A DNA stretch of 64,000 nucleotides from Auanema rhodensis (Eukaryota; Animalia; Nematoda), in the NCBI GenBank assembly GCA_964057225.1, contig OZ059900.1, positions 3,844,001-3,908,000 on the forward strand. Direction: 5' to 3'. Shown here piece after piece: positions 1 through 15,040 of the stretch. Positions within the stretch are counted from its first letter, which is position 1, and each line of letters opens with the position of its first letter. The notes beneath the pieces are model-generated. The model did no database searches. It saw only the letters and a program-made list of their open reading frames with translations, and had not been told where the DNA came from. Made by a program: the position numbers and the translations under genes.

Positions 1-3000
1 GGCATAAAAACGACCATACTTAGTGTAGTAATGCTATTTGAGCGAAATTCAGTGATTTGAACATCATTAGTGTTTAATTAATGACTTTTGTTGTCATAGA
101 CAATGAAACTATGCTTTTGATCATATATATGAGCGATTTATCCAAATTGGACTCAAAACTCGGAAAATTCAAAAATTCTGTCTATTTTCGACCTTTTTTG
201 ATCAAAATGAATAAATATTAGTGCAAACTCATAAAAATAGACTGATTTTGTGTATTGTGTGTTTGATTCTCAAATCGTAACAAATATGATCAAAATTTAC
301 GAGTATCACAGAATTTGTACCAAAAATCGGTGAGTATATTTTGTTAAAGGCATAAAAACGACCATACTTAGTGTAGTAATGCTATTTGAGCGAAATTCAG
401 TGATTTAAACATCATTAGTGTTTAATTAATGACTTTTGTTGTCATAGACAATAAAACTATGCTTTTGATCATATATATGAGCGATTTATCCAAATTGGAC
501 TCAAAACTCGGAAAATTCAAAAATTCTTTCTATTTTCGACCTTTTTTGATCAAAATGAATAAATATCAGTGCAAACTCATAAAAATAGACTGATTTTGTG
601 TATTGTGTGTTTGATTCTCAAATCTTAACAAATATGATCAAAATTTACGAGTATCACAGATTTTGTACCAAAAATCGGTGAGTATATGGTGTTAAAGGCA
701 AAAAACGACCATACTTAGTGTAGTAATGCTATTTGAGCGAAATTCAGTGATTTAAACATTATTAGTGTTTAATCAGTGACTTTTGTTGTCATAGAAAATG
801 AAACTATGCTTTTTATCATATATATGAGCGATTTAGCCAAATTGGACTCAAAACTCGGAAAATTCAAAAATTCTTTCTATTTTCGACCTTTTTTGATCAA
901 AATGAATAAATATCAGTGCAAACCCGTAAAAATATACTGATTTCGTGTATTGTGTGTTTGATTCTCGAATCTTACCGAATATGATCGAATTTTACGAGTA
1001 TTACAGATTTTGTACCAAAAATCGGAGAGTATATGGTGTTAGAGGCATAAAAACGACCATACTTAGTGTAGTAATGCTATTTGAGCGAAATTCAGTGATT
1101 CAAACATCATTAGTGTTTAATCAATGACTTTTGTTGTCATAGACAATGAAACTATGCTTTTGATCATATATATGAGCGATTTATCCAAATTGGACTCAAA
1201 ACTCGAAAAATTCAAAAATTCTGTCTATTATCGACCTTTTTTGATCAAAATGAATAAATATCAGTGCAGACTCATGAAAATAGCATGATTTTGTGTATTG
1301 TGTGTTTGATTCTCGAATCTTAACGAATATGATCGAAATTTACGAGTATTACAGATTTTGTACCAAAAATCGGTGAGTATATGGTGTTAAAGGCATAAAA
1401 ACGACCTTACTTAGTGTAGTAATGCTATTTGAGCGAAATTCAGTGATTTGAACATCATTAGTGTTTAATTAATGACTTTTGTTGTCATAGTCAATAAAAC
1501 TATGCTTTTGATCATATATATGAGCGATTTAGCCAAATTGGACTCAAAACTCGGAAATTTAAAAAATTCTTTCTATTTTCGACCTTTTTTGATCAAAATG
1601 AATAAATATCAGTGCAAACTCGTAAAAATAGACTGATTTTGTGTAATGTTTGTTTGATTCTCGAATCTTAACGAATATGATTAAAATTTACGAGTATTAC
1701 AGATTTTGTACCAAAACTCGGTGAGTATATGGTGTTAAAGGCATAAAAACGACCTTACTTAGTGTAGTAATGCTATTTGAGCGAAATTCAGTGATTTGAA
1801 CATCATTAGTGTTTAATTAATGACTTTTGTTGTCATAGACAATGAAACTATGCTTTTGATCATATATATGAGCGATTTATCCAAATTGGACTCAAAACTC
1901 GGAAAATTCAAAAATTCTGTCTATTATCGACCTTTTTTGATCAAAATGAATAAATATCAGTGCAAACTCATAAAAATAGACTGATTTTGTGTATTGTATG
2001 TTTGATTCTCAAATCGTAACAAATATGATCAAAATTTACGAGTATCACAGAATTTGTACCAAAAATCGGTGAGTATATGGTGTTAAAGGCATAAAAACGA
2101 CCATACTTAGTGTAGTAATGCTATTTGAGTGAAATTCAGTGATTTAAACATTATTAGTGTTTTCTTAAAGACTTTTGTTGTCATAGACAATAAAACTATG
2201 CTTTTGATCATATATATGAGCGATTTATCCAAATTGGACTCAAAACTCGGAAAATTCAAAAATTCTTTCTATTTTCGACCTTTTTTGATCAAAATGAATA
2301 AATATCAGTGCAAACTCGTAAAAATATACTGATTTTGTGTATTGTGTGTTTGATTCTCAAATCTTAACGTATATGATCAAAATTTACAAGTATTACAGAA
2401 TTTGTACCAAAAATCGGTGAGTATATGGTGTTAAAGGCAAAAAACGACCATACTTAGTGTAGTAATGCTATTTGAGCGAAATTCAGTGATTTGAACATCA
2501 TTAGTGTTTAATTAATGACTTTTGTTGTCATAGACAATGAAACTATGCTTTTGATCATATATATGAGCGATTTATCCAAATTGGACTCAAAACTCGGAAA
2601 ATTCAAAAATTCTGTCTATTATCGACCTTTTTCGATCAAAATGAATAAATATCAGTGCAGACTCATGAAAATAGCACGATTTTGTGTATTGTGTGTTTGA
2701 TTCTCAAATCTTAACAAATATGATCAATATTTACGAGTATCACAGATTTTGTACCAAAAATCGGTGAGTATATGGTGTTAAAGGCAAAAAACGACCATAC
2801 TTAGTGTAGTAATGCTATTTGAGCGAAATTCAGTGATTTAAACATTATTAGTGTTTAATCAGTGACTTTTGTTGTCATAGAAAATGAAACTATGCTTTTT
2901 ATCATATATATGAGCGATTTAGCCAAATTGGACTCAAAACTCGGAAAATTCAAAAATTCTTTCTATTTTCGACCTTTTTTGATCAAAATGAATAAATATC

Positions 3001-6000
3001 AGTGCAAACCCGTAAAAATATACTGATTTCGTGTATTGTGTGTTTGATTCTCGAATCTTACCGAATATGATCAAATTTTACGAGTATTACAGATTTTGTA
3101 CCAAAAATCGGTGAGTATATGGTGTTAGAGGCATAAAAACGACCATACGTAGTGTAGTAATGCTATTTGAGCGAAATTCAGTGATTCAAACATCATTAGT
3201 GTTTAATCAATGACTTTTGTTGTCATAGACAATAAAACTATGCTTTTGATCATATATATGAGCGATTCAGCCAGATAGGACTCAAAACTCGGAAAATTCA
3301 AAAGTTCTTTCTATTTTCGACCTTTTTTGATTAAAATGAATAAATATCAGTGTACACTCGTTAAAATAGACTGATTTTGTGTATTGTGTGTTTGATTCTC
3401 AAATCTTAACGAATATGATCAAAATTTACAAGTATTACAGATTTTGTACCAAAAATCGGTGACTATGTTTTGTTAAAGGCATAAAAACGACCATACTCAG
3501 TGTAGTAATGCTATTTGAGCGAAATTCAGTGATTTAAACATTATTAGTGTTTAATCAGTGACTTTTGTTGTCATAGAAAATGAAACTATGCTTTTTATCA
3601 TATATATGAGCGATTTAGCCAAATTGGACTCAAAACTCGGAAAATTCAAAAATTCTTTCTATTTTCGACCTTTTTTGATCAAAATGAATAAATATCAGTG
3701 CAAACCCGTAAAAATATACTGATTTCGTGTATTGTGTGTTTGATTCTCGAATCTTACCGAATATGATCGAATTTTACGAGTATTACAGATTTTGTACCAA
3801 AAATCGGTGAGTATATGGTGTTAAAAGCATAAAAACGACCATACTTAGTGTAGTAATGCTATTTGAGCGAAATTAAGTGATTTTAACATCACTTGCGTTT
3901 AATTGATGACTTTTGTTGTCATAGACAATAAAACTATGCTTTTGATCATATATATGAGCGATTAACCAAATTGGACTCAAAACTCGGAAATTTCAAAAGT
4001 TCTTTCTATTTTCGACCTTTTTTGATTAAAATGAATAAATATCAGTGTACACTCGTTAAAATAGACTGATTTTGTGTATTGTGTGTTTGATTCTCAAATC
4101 TTAACGAATATGATCAAAATTTACAAGTATTACAGATTTTGTACCAAAAATCGGTGACTATATTTTGTTAAAGGCATAAAAACGACCATACTCAGTGTAG
4201 TAATGCTATTTGAGCGAAATTCAGTGATTTAAACATCATTAGTGTTTAATTAATGACTTTTGTTGTCATAGACAATGAAACTATGCTTTTGATCATATAT
4301 ATGAGCGATTTATCCAAATTGGACTCAAAACTCGAAAAATTCAAAAATTCTTTCTATTTTCGACCTTTTTTGATCAAAATGAATAAATATTAGTGCAAAC
4401 CCGTAAAAATAGACTTATTTCGTGTATTATGTGTTTGATTCTCGAATCTTAGCAAATATGATCAAAATTTACAAGTATTACAGAATTTGTTCCAAAAATC
4501 GGTGAGTATATGGTGTTAAAGGCAAAAAACGACCATACTTAGTGTAGTAATGCTATTTGAGCGAAATTCAGTGATTTGAACATCATTAGTGTTTAATTAA
4601 TGACTTTTGTTGTCATAGACAATAAAACTATGCTTTTGATCATATATATGAGCGATTTATCCGAATTGGACTCAAAACTCGGAAAATTCAAAAATTCTTT
4701 CTATTTTCGACCTTTTTTGATCAAAATGAATAAATATCAGTGCAAACTTGTAAAAATAGACTCATTTCGTGTATTATGTGTTTGATTCTCGAATCTTAGC
4801 AAATATGATCGAAATTTACAAGTATTACAGATTTTGTACCAAAAATCGGTGAGTAAATGGTGTTAGAGGCATAAAACCGACCATACTTAGTGTAGTAATG
4901 CTATTTGAGTGAAATTCAGTGATTTAAACATTATTAGTGTTTTCTTAATGACTTTTGTTGTCATAGGCAATAAAACTATGCTTTTGATCATATATATGAG
5001 CGATTCAGCCAGATAGGACTCAAAACTCGGAAATTTCAAAAATTCTTTCTATTTTCGACCTTTTTTGATCAAAATGAATAAATATCAGTGCAGACTCATG
5101 AAAATAGACTGATTTTGTGTATTGTGTGTTTGATTCTCAAATCTTAACAAATATGATCAAAATTTACGAGTATCACAGAATTTGTACCAAAAATCGGTGA
5201 GTATATGGTGTTAAAGGCAAAAAACGACCATACTTAGTGTAGTAATGCTATTTGAGCGAAATTCAGTGATTTAAACATTATTAGTGTTTAATCAGTGAGT
5301 TTTGTTGTCATAGAAAATGAAACTATGCTTTTTATCATATATATGAGCGATTTAGCCAAATTGGACTCAAAACTGGGAAAATTCAAAAATTCTTTCTATT
5401 TTCGACCTTTTTTGATCAAAATGAATAAATATCAGTGCAAACCCGTAAAAATAGACTTATTTCGTGTATTATGTGTTTGATTCTCGAATCTTAGCAAATA
5501 TGATCAAAATTTACAAGTATTACAGAATTTGTTCCAAAAATCGGTGAGTATATGGTGTTAAAGGCAAAAAACGACCATACGTAGTGTAGTAATGCTATTT
5601 GAGCGAAATTCAGTGATTTGAACATCATTAGTGTTTAATTAATGACTTTTGTTGTCATAGACAATGAAACTATGCTTTTGATCATATATATGAGTGATTT
5701 ATCCAAATTGGACTCAAAACTCGAAAAATTCAAAAATTCTGTCTATTATCGACCTTTTTTGATCAAAATAAATAAATATCAGTGCAGACTCATGAAAATA
5801 GCATGATTTCGTGTATTGTGTGTTTGATTCTCAAATCTTAACGTATATGATCAAAATTTACAAGTATTACAGATTTTGTACCAAAAATCGGTGAGTATAT
5901 GGTGTTAAAGGCATAAAAACGACCTTACTTAGTGTAGTAATGCTATTTGAGCGAAATTCAGTGATTTGAACATCATTAGTGTTTAATGAATGACTTTTGT

Positions 6001-8629
6001 TGTCATAGTCAATAAAACTATGCTTTTGATCATATATATGAGCGATTCAGCCAGATAGGACTCAAAACTCGGAAATTTCAAAAATTCTTTCTATTTTCGA
6101 CCTTTTTTGATCAAAATGAATAAATATCAGTGCAGACTCATGAAAATAGACTGATTTTGTGTATTGTGTGTTTGATTCTCAAATCTTAACAAATATGATC
6201 AAAATTTACGAGTATCACAGAATTTGTACCAAAAATCGGTGAGTATATGGTGTTAAAGGCAAAAAACGACCATACTTAGTGTAGTAATGCTATTTGAGCG
6301 AAATTCAGTGATTTAAACATTATTAGTGTTTAATCAGTGAGTTTTGTTGTCATAGAAAATGAAACTATGCTTTTTATCATATATATGAGCGATTTAGCCA
6401 AATTGGACTCAAAACTGGGAAAATTCAAAAATTCTTTCTATTTTCGACCTTTTTTGATCAAAATGAATAAATATCAGTGCAAACCCGTAAAAATAGACTT
6501 ATTTCGTGTATTATGTGTTTGATTCTCGAATCTTAGCAAATATGATCAAAATTTACAAGTATTACAGAATTTGTTCCAAAAATCGGTGAGTATATGGTGT
6601 TAAAGGCAAAAAACGACCATACGTAGTGTAGTAATGCTATTTGAGCGAAATTCAGTGATTTGAACATCATTAGTGTTTAATTAATGACTTTTGTTGTCAT
6701 AGACAATGAAACTATGCTTTTGATCATATATATGAGTGATTTATCCAAATTGGACTCAAAACTCGAAAAATTCAAAAATTCTGTCTATTATCGACCTTTT
6801 TTGATCAAAATGAATAAATATCAGTGCAGACTCATGAAAATAGCATGATTTCGTGTATTGTGTGTTTGATTCTCAAATCTTAACGTATATGATCAAAATT
6901 TACAAGTATTACAGATTTTGTACCAAAAATCGGTGAGTATATGGTGTTAAAGGCTTAAAAACGACCTTACTTAGTGTAGTAATGCTATTTGAGCGAAATT
7001 CAGTGATTTGAACATCATTAGTGTTTAATGAATGACTTTTGTTGTCATAGTCAATAAAACTATGCTTTTGATCATATATATGAGCGATTTAGCCAAATTG
7101 GACTCAAAACTCGGAAATTTAAAAAATTCTTTCTATTTTCGACCTTTTTTGATCAAAATGAATAAATATCAGTGCAAACTTGTAAAAATAGACTGATTTT
7201 GTGTAATGTTTGTTTGATTCTCGAATCTTAACGAATATGATCAAAATTTACGAGTATTACAGATTTTGTACCAAAAATCGGTGAGTATATGGTGTTAAAG
7301 GCAAAAAACGACCTTACTTAGTGTAGTAATGCTATTTGAGCGAAATTCAGTGATTTGAACATCATTAGTGTTTAATTAATGACTTTTGTTGTCATAGACA
7401 ATGAAACTATGCTTTTGATCATATATATGAGCGATTTATCCAAATTGGACTCAAAACTCGGAAAATTCAAAAATTCTGTCTATTATCGACCTTTTTTGAT
7501 CAAAATGAATAAATATCAGTGCAAACTCATAAAAATAGACTGATTTTGTGTATTGTGTGTTTGATTCTCAAATTGTAACAAATATGATCAAAATTTACGA
7601 GTATCACAGAATTTGTACCAAAAATCGGTGAGTATATGGTGTTAAAGGCAAAAAACGACCTTACTTAGTGTAGTAATGCTATTTGAGCGAAATTCAGTGA
7701 TTTGAACATCATTAGTGTTTAATTAATGACTTTTGTTGTCATAGACAATGAAACTATGCTTTTGATCATATATATGAGCGATTTATCCAAATTGGACTCA
7801 AAACTCGGAAAATTCAAAAATTCTGTCTATTATCGACCTTTTTTGATCAAAATGAATAAATATCAGTGCAAACTCATAAAAATAGACTGATTTTGTGTAT
7901 TGTGTGTTTGATTCTCAAATCTCAACAAATATGATCAAAATTTACGAGTATCACAGAATTTGTACCAAAAATCGGTGAGTATATGGTGTTAAAGGCAAAA
8001 AACGACCATACTTAGTGTAGTAATGCTATTTGAGCGAAATTCAGTGATTTGAACATCATTAGTGTTTAATTAATGACTTTTGTTGTCATAGACAATGAAA
8101 CTATGCTTTTGATCATATATATGAGCGATTTAGCCAAATTGGACTCAAAACTCGGAAAATTCAAAAATTCTTTCTATTTTCGACCTTTTTTGATCAAAAT
8201 GAATAAATATCAGTGCAAACCCGTAAAAATAGACTTATTTCGTGTATTATGTGTTTGATTCTCGAATCTTAGCAAATATGATCAAAATTTACAAGTATTA
8301 CAGAATTTGTTCCAAAAATCGGTGAGTATATGGTGTTAAAGGCAAAAAACGACCATACTTAGTGTAGTAATGCTATTTGAGCGAAATTCAGTGATTTGAA
8401 CATCATTAGTGTTTAATTAATGACTTTTGTTGTCATAGACAATGAAACTATGCTTTTGATCATATATATGAGCGATTTATCCAAATTGGACTCAAAACTC
8501 GAAAAATTCAACAATTCTGTCTATTTTCGACCTTTTTTGATCAAAATGAATAAATATCAGTGCAAACTCGTAAAAATAGACTGATTTTGTGTAATGTTTG
8601 TTTGATTCTCGAATCTTAACGAATATGAT

Positions 8630-11600
8630 CAAAATTTACGAGTATTACAGATTTTGTACCAAAAATCGGTGAGTATATGGTGTTAAAGGCAAAAAACGAC
8701 CTTACTTAGTGTAGTAATGCTATTTGAGCGAAATTCAGTGATTTGAACATCATTAGTGTTTAATTAATGACTTTTGTTGTCATAGACAATGAAACTATGC
8801 TTTTGATCATATATATGAGCGATTTATCCAAATTGGACTCAAAACTCGGAAAATTCAAAAATTCTGTCTATTATCGACCTTTTTTGATCAAAATGAATAA
8901 ATATCAGTGCAAACTCATAAAAATAGACTGATTTTGTGTATTGTGTGTTTGATTCTCAAATCGTAACAAATATGATCAAAATTTACGAGTATCACAGAAT
9001 TTGTACCAAAAATCGGTGAGTATATGGTGTTAAAGGCAAAAAACGACCATACTTAGTGTAGTAATGCTTTTTAAGCGAAATTCAGTGATTTAAACATCAT
9101 TAATGTTTAATTAATGACTTTTGTTGTCATAGAAAATAAAACTATGCTTTTGATCATATATATGAGCGATTCAGCCAGATAGGACTCAAAACTCGGAAAT
9201 TTCAAAAATTCTTTCTATTTTCGACCTTTTTTGATCAAAATGAATAAATATCAGTGCAGACTCATGAAAATAGACTGATTTTGTGTATTGTGTGTTTGAT
9301 TCTCAAATCTTAACAAATATGATCAAAATTTACGAGTATCACAGAATTTGTACCAAAAATCGGTGAGTATATGGTGTTAAAGGCAAAAAACGACCATACT
9401 TAGTGTAGTAATGCTATTTGAGCGAAATTCAGTGATTTAAACAATATTAGTGTTTAATCAGTGACTTTTGTTGTCATAGAAAATGAAACTATGCTTTTTA
9501 TCATATATATGAGCGATTTAGCCAAATTGGACTCAAAACTCGGAAAATTCAAAAATTCTTTCTATTTTCGACCTTTTTTGATCAAAATGAATAAATATCA
9601 GTGCAAACCCGTAAAAATAGACTTATTTCGTGTATTATGTGTTTGATTCTCGAATCTTAGCAAATATGATCAAAATTTACAAGTATTACAGAATTTGTTC
9701 CAAAAATCGGTGAGTATATGGTGTTAAAGGCAAAAAACGACCATACTTAGTGTAGTAATGCTATTTGAGCGAAATTCAGTGATTTGAACATCATTAGTGT
9801 TTAATTAATGACTTTTGTTGTCATAGACAATGAAACTATGCTTTTGATCATATATATGAGCGATTTATCCAAATTGGACTCAAAACTCGAAAAATTCAAA
9901 AATTCTGTCTATTATCGACCTTTTTTGATCAAAATGAATAAATATCAGTGCAGACTCATGAAAATAGCATGATTTCGTGTATTGTGTGTTTGATTCTCAA
10001 ATCTTAACGTATATGATCAAAATTTACAAGTATTACAGATTTTGTACCAAAAATCGGTGAGTATATGGTGTTAAAGGCATAAAAACGACCTTACTTAGTG
10101 TAGTAATGCTATTTGAGCGAAATTCAGTGATTTGAACATCATTAGTGTTTAATTAATGACTTTTGTTGTCATAGTCAATAAAACTTTGCTTTTGATCATA
10201 TATATGAGCGATTTAGCCAAATTGGACTCAAAACTCGGAAATTTAAAAAATTCTTTCTATTTTCGACCTTTTTTGATCAAAATGAATAAATATCAGTGCA
10301 AACTCATAAAATTAAACTGATTTTGTGTATTGTGTCTTTGATCCTCGAATTTCAACAAATATGATCAAAATTTACGAGTATTACAGAGTTTGTACCAAAA
10401 ATCGGTGAGTATATGGTGTTAAAGGCATAAAAACGACCTTACTTAGTGTAGTAATGCTATTTGAGCGAAATTCAGTGATTTGAACATCATTAGTGTTTAA
10501 TTAATGACTTTTGTTGTCATAGTCAATAAAACTATGCTTTTGATCATATATATGAGCGATTTAGCCAAATTGGACTCAAAACTCGGAAATTTAAAAAATT
10601 CTTTCTATTTTCGACCTTTTTCGATCAAAATGAATAAATATCAGTGCAAACTCATAAAATTAAACTGATTTTGTGTATTGTGTGTTTGATCCTCGGAATT
10701 CAACAAATATGATCAAAATTTACGAGTATTACAGAGTTTGTACCAAAAATCGGTGAGTATATGGTGTTAAAGGCATAAAAACGACCTTACTTAGTGTAGT
10801 AATGCTATTTGAGCGAAATTCAGTGATTGAAACATCATTAGTGTTTAATCAGTGACTTTTGTTGTCATAGAAATTAAAACTATGCTTTTGATCATATATA
10901 TGAGCGATTTAGCCAAATTGGACTCAAAACTCGGAAAATTCAAAAATTCTTTCTATTTTCGACCTTTTTTGATCAAAATGAATAAATATCAGTGCAAACT
11001 CGTAAAAATATACTGATTTTGTGTATTGCGTGTTTGATTCTCAAATCTTAACGTATATGATCAAAATTTACAAGTATTACAGAATTTGTACCAAAAATCG
11101 GTGAGTATATGGTGTTAGAGGCATAAAAACGACCATACTTAGTGTAGTAATGCTATTTGAGCGAAATTCAGTGATTTGAACATCATTAGTGTTTAATTAA
11201 TGACTTTTGTTGTCATAGACAATGAAACTATGCTTTTGATCATATATATGAGCGATTTATCCAAATTGGACTCAAAACTCGGAAAATTCAAAAATTCTGT
11301 CTATTATCGACCTTTTTCGATCAAAATGAATATATATCAGTGCAAGCTTATAAAAATAGCATGATTTTGTGTATTGTGTGTTTGATTCTCAAATCTTAAC
11401 GTATATGATCAAAATTTACAAGTATTACAGAATTTGTACCAAAAATCGGTGAGTATATGGTGTTAGAGGCATAAAAACGACCATACTTAGTGTAGTAATG
11501 CTATTTGGGCGAAATTCAGTGATTTGAACATCATTAGTGTTTAATTAATGACTTTTGTTGTCATAGACAATGAAACTATGCTTTTGATCATATATATGAG

Positions 11601-14600
11601 CGATTTATCCAAATTGGACTCAAAACTCGGAAAATTCAAAAATTCTGTCTATTATCGACCTTTTTCGATCAAAATGAATATATATCAGTGCAAGCTTATA
11701 AAAATAGCATGATTTTGTGTTTTGTGTGTTTGATCCTCGGAATTCAACAAATATGATCAAAATTTACGAGTATTACAGAGTTTGTACCAAAAATCGGTGA
11801 GTATATGGTGTTAAAGGCATAAAAACGACCTTACTTAGTGTAGTAATGCTATTTGAGCGAAATTCAGTGATTGAAACATCATTAGTGTTTAATCAGTGAC
11901 TTTTGTTGTCATAGAAATTAAAACTATGCTTTTGATCATATATATGAGCGATTTAGCCAAATTGGACTCAAAACTCGGAAAATTCAAAAATTCTTTCTAT
12001 TTTCGACCTTTTTTGATCAAAATGAATAAATATCAGTGCAAACTCGTAAAAATATACTGATTTTGTGTATTGCGTGTTTGATTCTCAAATCTTAACGTAT
12101 ATGATCAAAATTTACAAGTATTACAGAATTTGTACCAAAAATCGGTGAGTATATGGTGTTAGAGGCATAAAAACGACCATACTTAGTGTAGTTATGCTAT
12201 TTGAGCGAAATTCAGTATTAAAACATCACTAGCGTTTAATTGATGACTTTTGTTGTTATAGACAATGAAACTATGCTTCTGATCATATATATGAGCGATT
12301 TAGCCAAATTAGACTCAAAACTCGGAAATTTCAAAAATTCTTTCTATTTTCGACCTTTTTTGATCAAAATGAATATATATCAGTGAAGACTCATGAAAAT
12401 AGCATGATTTTGTGTATTGTGTGTTTGATTCTCAAATCTTAACGTATATGATCAAAATTTACGAGTATTACAGATTTTGTACCAAAAATCGGTGAGTATA
12501 TGGTGTTAAAGGCAAAAAACGACCTTACTTAGTGTAGTAATGCTATTTGAGCGAAATTCAGTGATTTGAACATCATTAGTGTTTAATTAATGACTTTTGT
12601 TGTCATAGACAATGAAACTATGCTTTTGATCATATATATGAGCGATTTATCCAAATTGGACTCAAAACTCGGAAAATTCAAAAATTCTGTCTATTATCGA
12701 CCTTTTTTGATCAAAATGAATAAATATCAGTGCAAACTCATAAAAATAGACTGATTTTGTGTATTGTGTGTTTGATTCTCAAATCGTAACAAATATGATC
12801 AAAATTTACGAGTATCACAGAATTTGTACCAAAAATCGGTGAGTATATGGTGTTAAAGGCAAAAAACGACCATACTTAGTGTAGTAATGCTTTTTAAGCG
12901 AAATTCAGTGATTTAAACATCATTAATGTTTAATTAATGACTTTTGTTGTCATAGAAAATAAAACTATGCTTTTGATCATATATATGAGCGATTCAGCCA
13001 GATAGGACTCAAAACTCGGAAATTTCAAAAATTCTTTCTATTTTCGACCTTTTTTGATCAAAATGAATAAATATCAGTGCAGACTCATGAAAATAGACTG
13101 ATTTTGTGTATTGTGTGTTTGATTCTCAAATCTTAACAAATATGATCAAAATTTACGAGTATCACAGAATTTGTACCAAAAATCGGTGAGTATATGGTGT
13201 TAAAGGCAAAAAACGACCATACTTAGTGTAGTAATGCTATTTGAGCGAAATTCAGTGATTTAAACAATATTAGTGTTTAATCAGTGACTTTTGTTGTCAT
13301 AGAAAATGAAACTATGCTTTTTATCATATATATGAGCGATTTAGCCAAATTGGACTCAAAACTCGGAAAATTCAAAAATTCTTTCTATTTTCGACCTTTT
13401 TTGATCAAAATGAATAAATATCAGTGCAAACCCGTAAAAATAGACTTATTTCGTGTATTATGTGTTTGATTCTCGAATCTTAGCAAATATGATCAAAATT
13501 TACAAGTATTACAGAATTTGTTCCAAAAATCGGTGAGTATATGGTGTTAAAGGCAAAAAACGACCATACTTAGTGTAGTAATGCTATTTGAGCGAAATTC
13601 AGTGATTTGAACATCATTAGTGTTTAATTAATGACTTTTGTTGTCATAGACAATGAAACTATGCTTTTGATCATATATATGAGCGATTTATCCAAATTGG
13701 ACTCAAAACTCGAAAAATTCAAAAATTCTGTCTATTATCGACCTTTTTTGATCAAAATGAATAAATATCAGTGCAGACTCATGAAAATAGCATGATTTCG
13801 TGTATTGTGTGTTTGATTCTCAAATCTTAACGTATATGATCAAAATTTACAAGTATTACAGATTTTGTACCAAAAATCGGTGAGTATATGGTGTTAAAGG
13901 CATAAAAACGACCTTACTTAGTGTAGTAATGCTATTTGAGCGAAATTCAGTGATTTGAACATCATTAGTGTTTAATTAATGACTTTTGTTGTCATAGTCA
14001 ATAAAACTTTGCTTTTGATCATATATATGAGCGATTTAGCCAAATTGGACTCAAAACTCGGAAATTTAAAAAATTCTTTCTATTTTCGACCTTTTTTGAT
14101 CAAAATGAATAAATATCAGTGCAAACTCATAAAATTAAACTGATTTTGTGTATTGTGTGTTTGATCCTCGAATTTCAACAAATATGATCAAAATTTACGA
14201 GTATTACAGAGTTTGTACCAAAAATCGGTGAGTATATGGTGTTAAAGGCATAAAAACGACCTTACTTAGTGTAGTAATGCTATTTGAGCGAAATTCAGTG
14301 ATTTGAACATCATTAGTGTTTAATTAATGACTTTTGTTGTCATAGTCAATAAAACTATGCTTTTGATCATATATATGAGCGATTTAGCCAAATTGGACTC
14401 AAAACTCGGAAATTTAAAAAATTCTTTCTATTTTCGACCTTTTTCGATCAAAATGAATAAATATCAGTGCAAACTCATAAAATTAAACTGATTTTGTGTA
14501 TTGTGTGTTTGATCCTCGGAATTCAACAAATATGATCAAAATTTACGAGTATTACAGAGTTTGTACCAAAAATCGGTGAGTATATGGTGTTAAAGGCATA

Positions 14601-15040
14601 AAAACGACCTTACTTAGTGTAGTAATGCTATTTGAGCGAAATTCAGTGATTGAAACATCATTAGTGTTTAATCAGTGACTTTTGTTGTCATAGAAATTAA
14701 AACTATGCTTTTGATCATATATATGAGCGATTTAGCCAAATTGGACTCAAAACTCGGAAAATTCAAAAATTCTTTCTATTTTCGACCTTTTTTGATCAAA
14801 ATGAATAAATATCAGTGCAAACTCGTAAAAATATACTGATTTTGTGTATTGCGTGTTTGATTCTCAAATCTTAACGTATATGATCAAAATTTACAAGTAT
14901 TACAGAATTTGTACCAAAAATCGGTGAGTATATGGTGTTAGAGGCATAAAAACGACCATACTTAGTGTAGTAATGCTATTTGAGCGAAATTCAGTGATTT
15001 GAACATCATTAGTGTTTAATTAATGACTTTTGTTGTCATA
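8630..15040. repeat. ~2.6 kb block duplicated at an 11-monomer (3,823 bp) offset
   Basis: ORFs 9461/13284 pair at +3823. Rare variants AAACAATATTAG, AAAACTTTGC (~10181/~14004) and CCTCGGAATTC (~10691/~14514) recur at the same offset. Boundaries are approximate. Confidence 0.8.

Noticed and set aside
70-95. GTTTAATTA resembling the start of the nematode SL1 leader, suggesting an SL RNA or 5S tandem gene array
   Set aside because: Only ~9 AT-rich bases match. The rest of the leader and the adjacent splice donor are absent, and I recognise no 5S, tRNA or snRNA sequence. An Rfam/Infernal scan would settle it.
1-348. Satellite monomer derived from the transposon or a MITE
   Set aside because: I see no similarity between the monomer and the TIRs or interior of the element, and the monomer has no terminal inverted repeats.
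330-400. Intron-like segment per monomer (G|GTGAGT ... AAATTCAG|, 71 nt) implying a repeated exon
   Set aside because: The implied ~277 bp exon is not a multiple of three, contains stops and varies by 1 bp indels. Without RNA evidence these motifs are expected by chance.
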